The notes under the pieces: generated by a model
What the model saw: only the letters and a program-made list of their open reading frames with translations
Databases searched by the model: none
What the model was told of the DNA's origin: nothing
Assembly (NCBI GenBank): GCA_041660485.1
Contig: JBAZWF010000001.1
Coordinates: forward strand, 700,935-724,934
Direction of reading: 5' to 3'
Source of the DNA: Candidatus Pacearchaeota archaeon
Lineage (GTDB): Archaea > Nanobdellota > Nanobdellia > Pacearchaeales > GW2011-AR1
DNA length: 24,000 bases
Part shown: positions 23,256 through 24,000 of the stretch, in pieces
Numbering within the stretch: position 1 is the stretch's first letter
Layout: each line of letters starts with the position of its first letter
Made by a program: the position numbers and the translations under genes

Positions 23256-24000
23256 ATGAATCTGAACAACGAAATCGAAATAACATCCCCCGTTGGAAGT
23301 TATGAATCATTGCACGCAGCAATTAAATCTGGAGCTGGCTCTGTTTATTTTGGAGCAGGAAAGCTAAACATGCGCTCGCGCTCTTCAATAAACTTCAGCG
23401 CTCGCGACCTGCAAAAAATAGCAAAAATCTGCAAACAAAATAATGTGAAAACTTATCTTGCTGTAAATGCAGTTATGTATGACGAAGATTTACAAGAAAT
23501 GAAAAAAATATGTGACATTGCAAAAAAGTCAAATATTGATGCAATAATTGCAAGCGACATTTCAGTTATTCAATACTGCAGTTCAATTTCAATGGAAGTT
23601 CATATTTCAACTCAGCTAAATGTTTCAAATATTGAAGCTGTTAAATTATTTGCAAAATATGCAGATGTAATTGTTCTGGCAAGGGAGTTAACATTAGAAC
23701 AAATAACCTCAATATGTAAAGAAATAGAAAAACAAAAAATAAAAGGCCCAAGTGGAAAGCTAGTTAGAATTGAAATCTTTGCCCACGGAGCTTTATGTGT
23801 TTCAGTTTCAGGAAAATGTTATATGTCTTTAGCAATGTATAATCAATCTGCAAACCGAGGTTCGTGTTTGCAAAACTGCCGTCGTTCATATAAAGTTATT
23901 GATGAAGAAACAGGAGATGAACTAAGAGTTGAAAATAAATATATAATGTCTCCAAAAGATTTATGCACAATTGGTTTTATTGACAAATTAATTGAATCAG
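23256..24000 (+). CDS. peptidase U32 family protein (5' partial, continues past window end)
   Basis: Not in the ORF track because it is open-ended. It reads MNLNNEIEITSPVGSYESLHAAIKSGAGSVYFG... and later HGALCVSVSGKCYMS...NRGSCLQNCRRSY, typical of U32 family proteins. Confidence 0.85.
   Translation, partial: MNLNNEIEITSPVGSYESLHAAIKSGAGSVYFGAGKLNMRSRSSINFSARDLQKIAKICKQNNVKTYLAVNAVMYDEDLQEMKKICDIAKKSNIDAIIASDISVIQYCSSISMEVHISTQLNVSNIEAVKLFAKYADVIVLARELTLEQITSICKEIEKQKIKGPSGKLVRIEIFAHGALCVSVSGKCYMSLAMYNQSANRGSCLQNCRRSYKVIDEETGDELRVENKYIMSPKDLCTIGFIDKLIES

Noticed and set aside
1-24000. CRISPR arrays, IS elements, integrases, transposases and rRNA genes
   Set aside because: I saw no regularly spaced direct repeats with unique spacers, no terminal inverted repeats bracketing a transposase-like ORF, no Tyr/Ser recombinase motifs in any ORF, and no rRNA-like conserved blocks.

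Overview
This is a visibly AT-rich archaeal chromosomal window with compact, mostly leaderless-looking genes, in the style of a small-genome DPANN-like archaeon. That lineage guess is inference only. Housekeeping genes recognisable by motif are acylphosphatase, RadB, type IA topoisomerase, CDC48/VCP, Sec11-type signal peptidase, TFS, an HD hydrolase, a metallophosphoesterase, a radical-SAM methylthiotransferase and a U32 peptidase that runs off the 3' edge. Three RNA genes missed or mis-called by the ORF track lie on the minus strand. They are tRNA-Lys(CUU) and tRNA-Phe(GAA), each with a long intron at 37/38, and an archaeal RNase P RNA that overlaps a spurious 73-aa ORF. The signals I rate highest are these. 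(1) The two tRNA introns share a ~40-nt hairpin module with a compensatory base-pair change. (2) A GC-enriched run of four back-to-back hairpins at 4087-4211 fits no RNA class I can recognise. (3) A minus-strand block of five orphan or poorly typed genes (16369-18718), including a protein with a duplicated CxxGACP motif and a SAM methyltransferase, sits opposite a fused double Lrp/AsnC regulator. (4) A Fic gene is flanked by a duplicated promoter plus 5' end of the downstream U32 gene, which looks like an insertion footprint. (5) A Zn-ribbon/AbrB-like protein is translationally overlapped with CDC48. I saw no CRISPR array, integrase or transposase. All calls rest on reading motifs by eye, with no database search or folding program, so RNA ends and several start codons are approximate.
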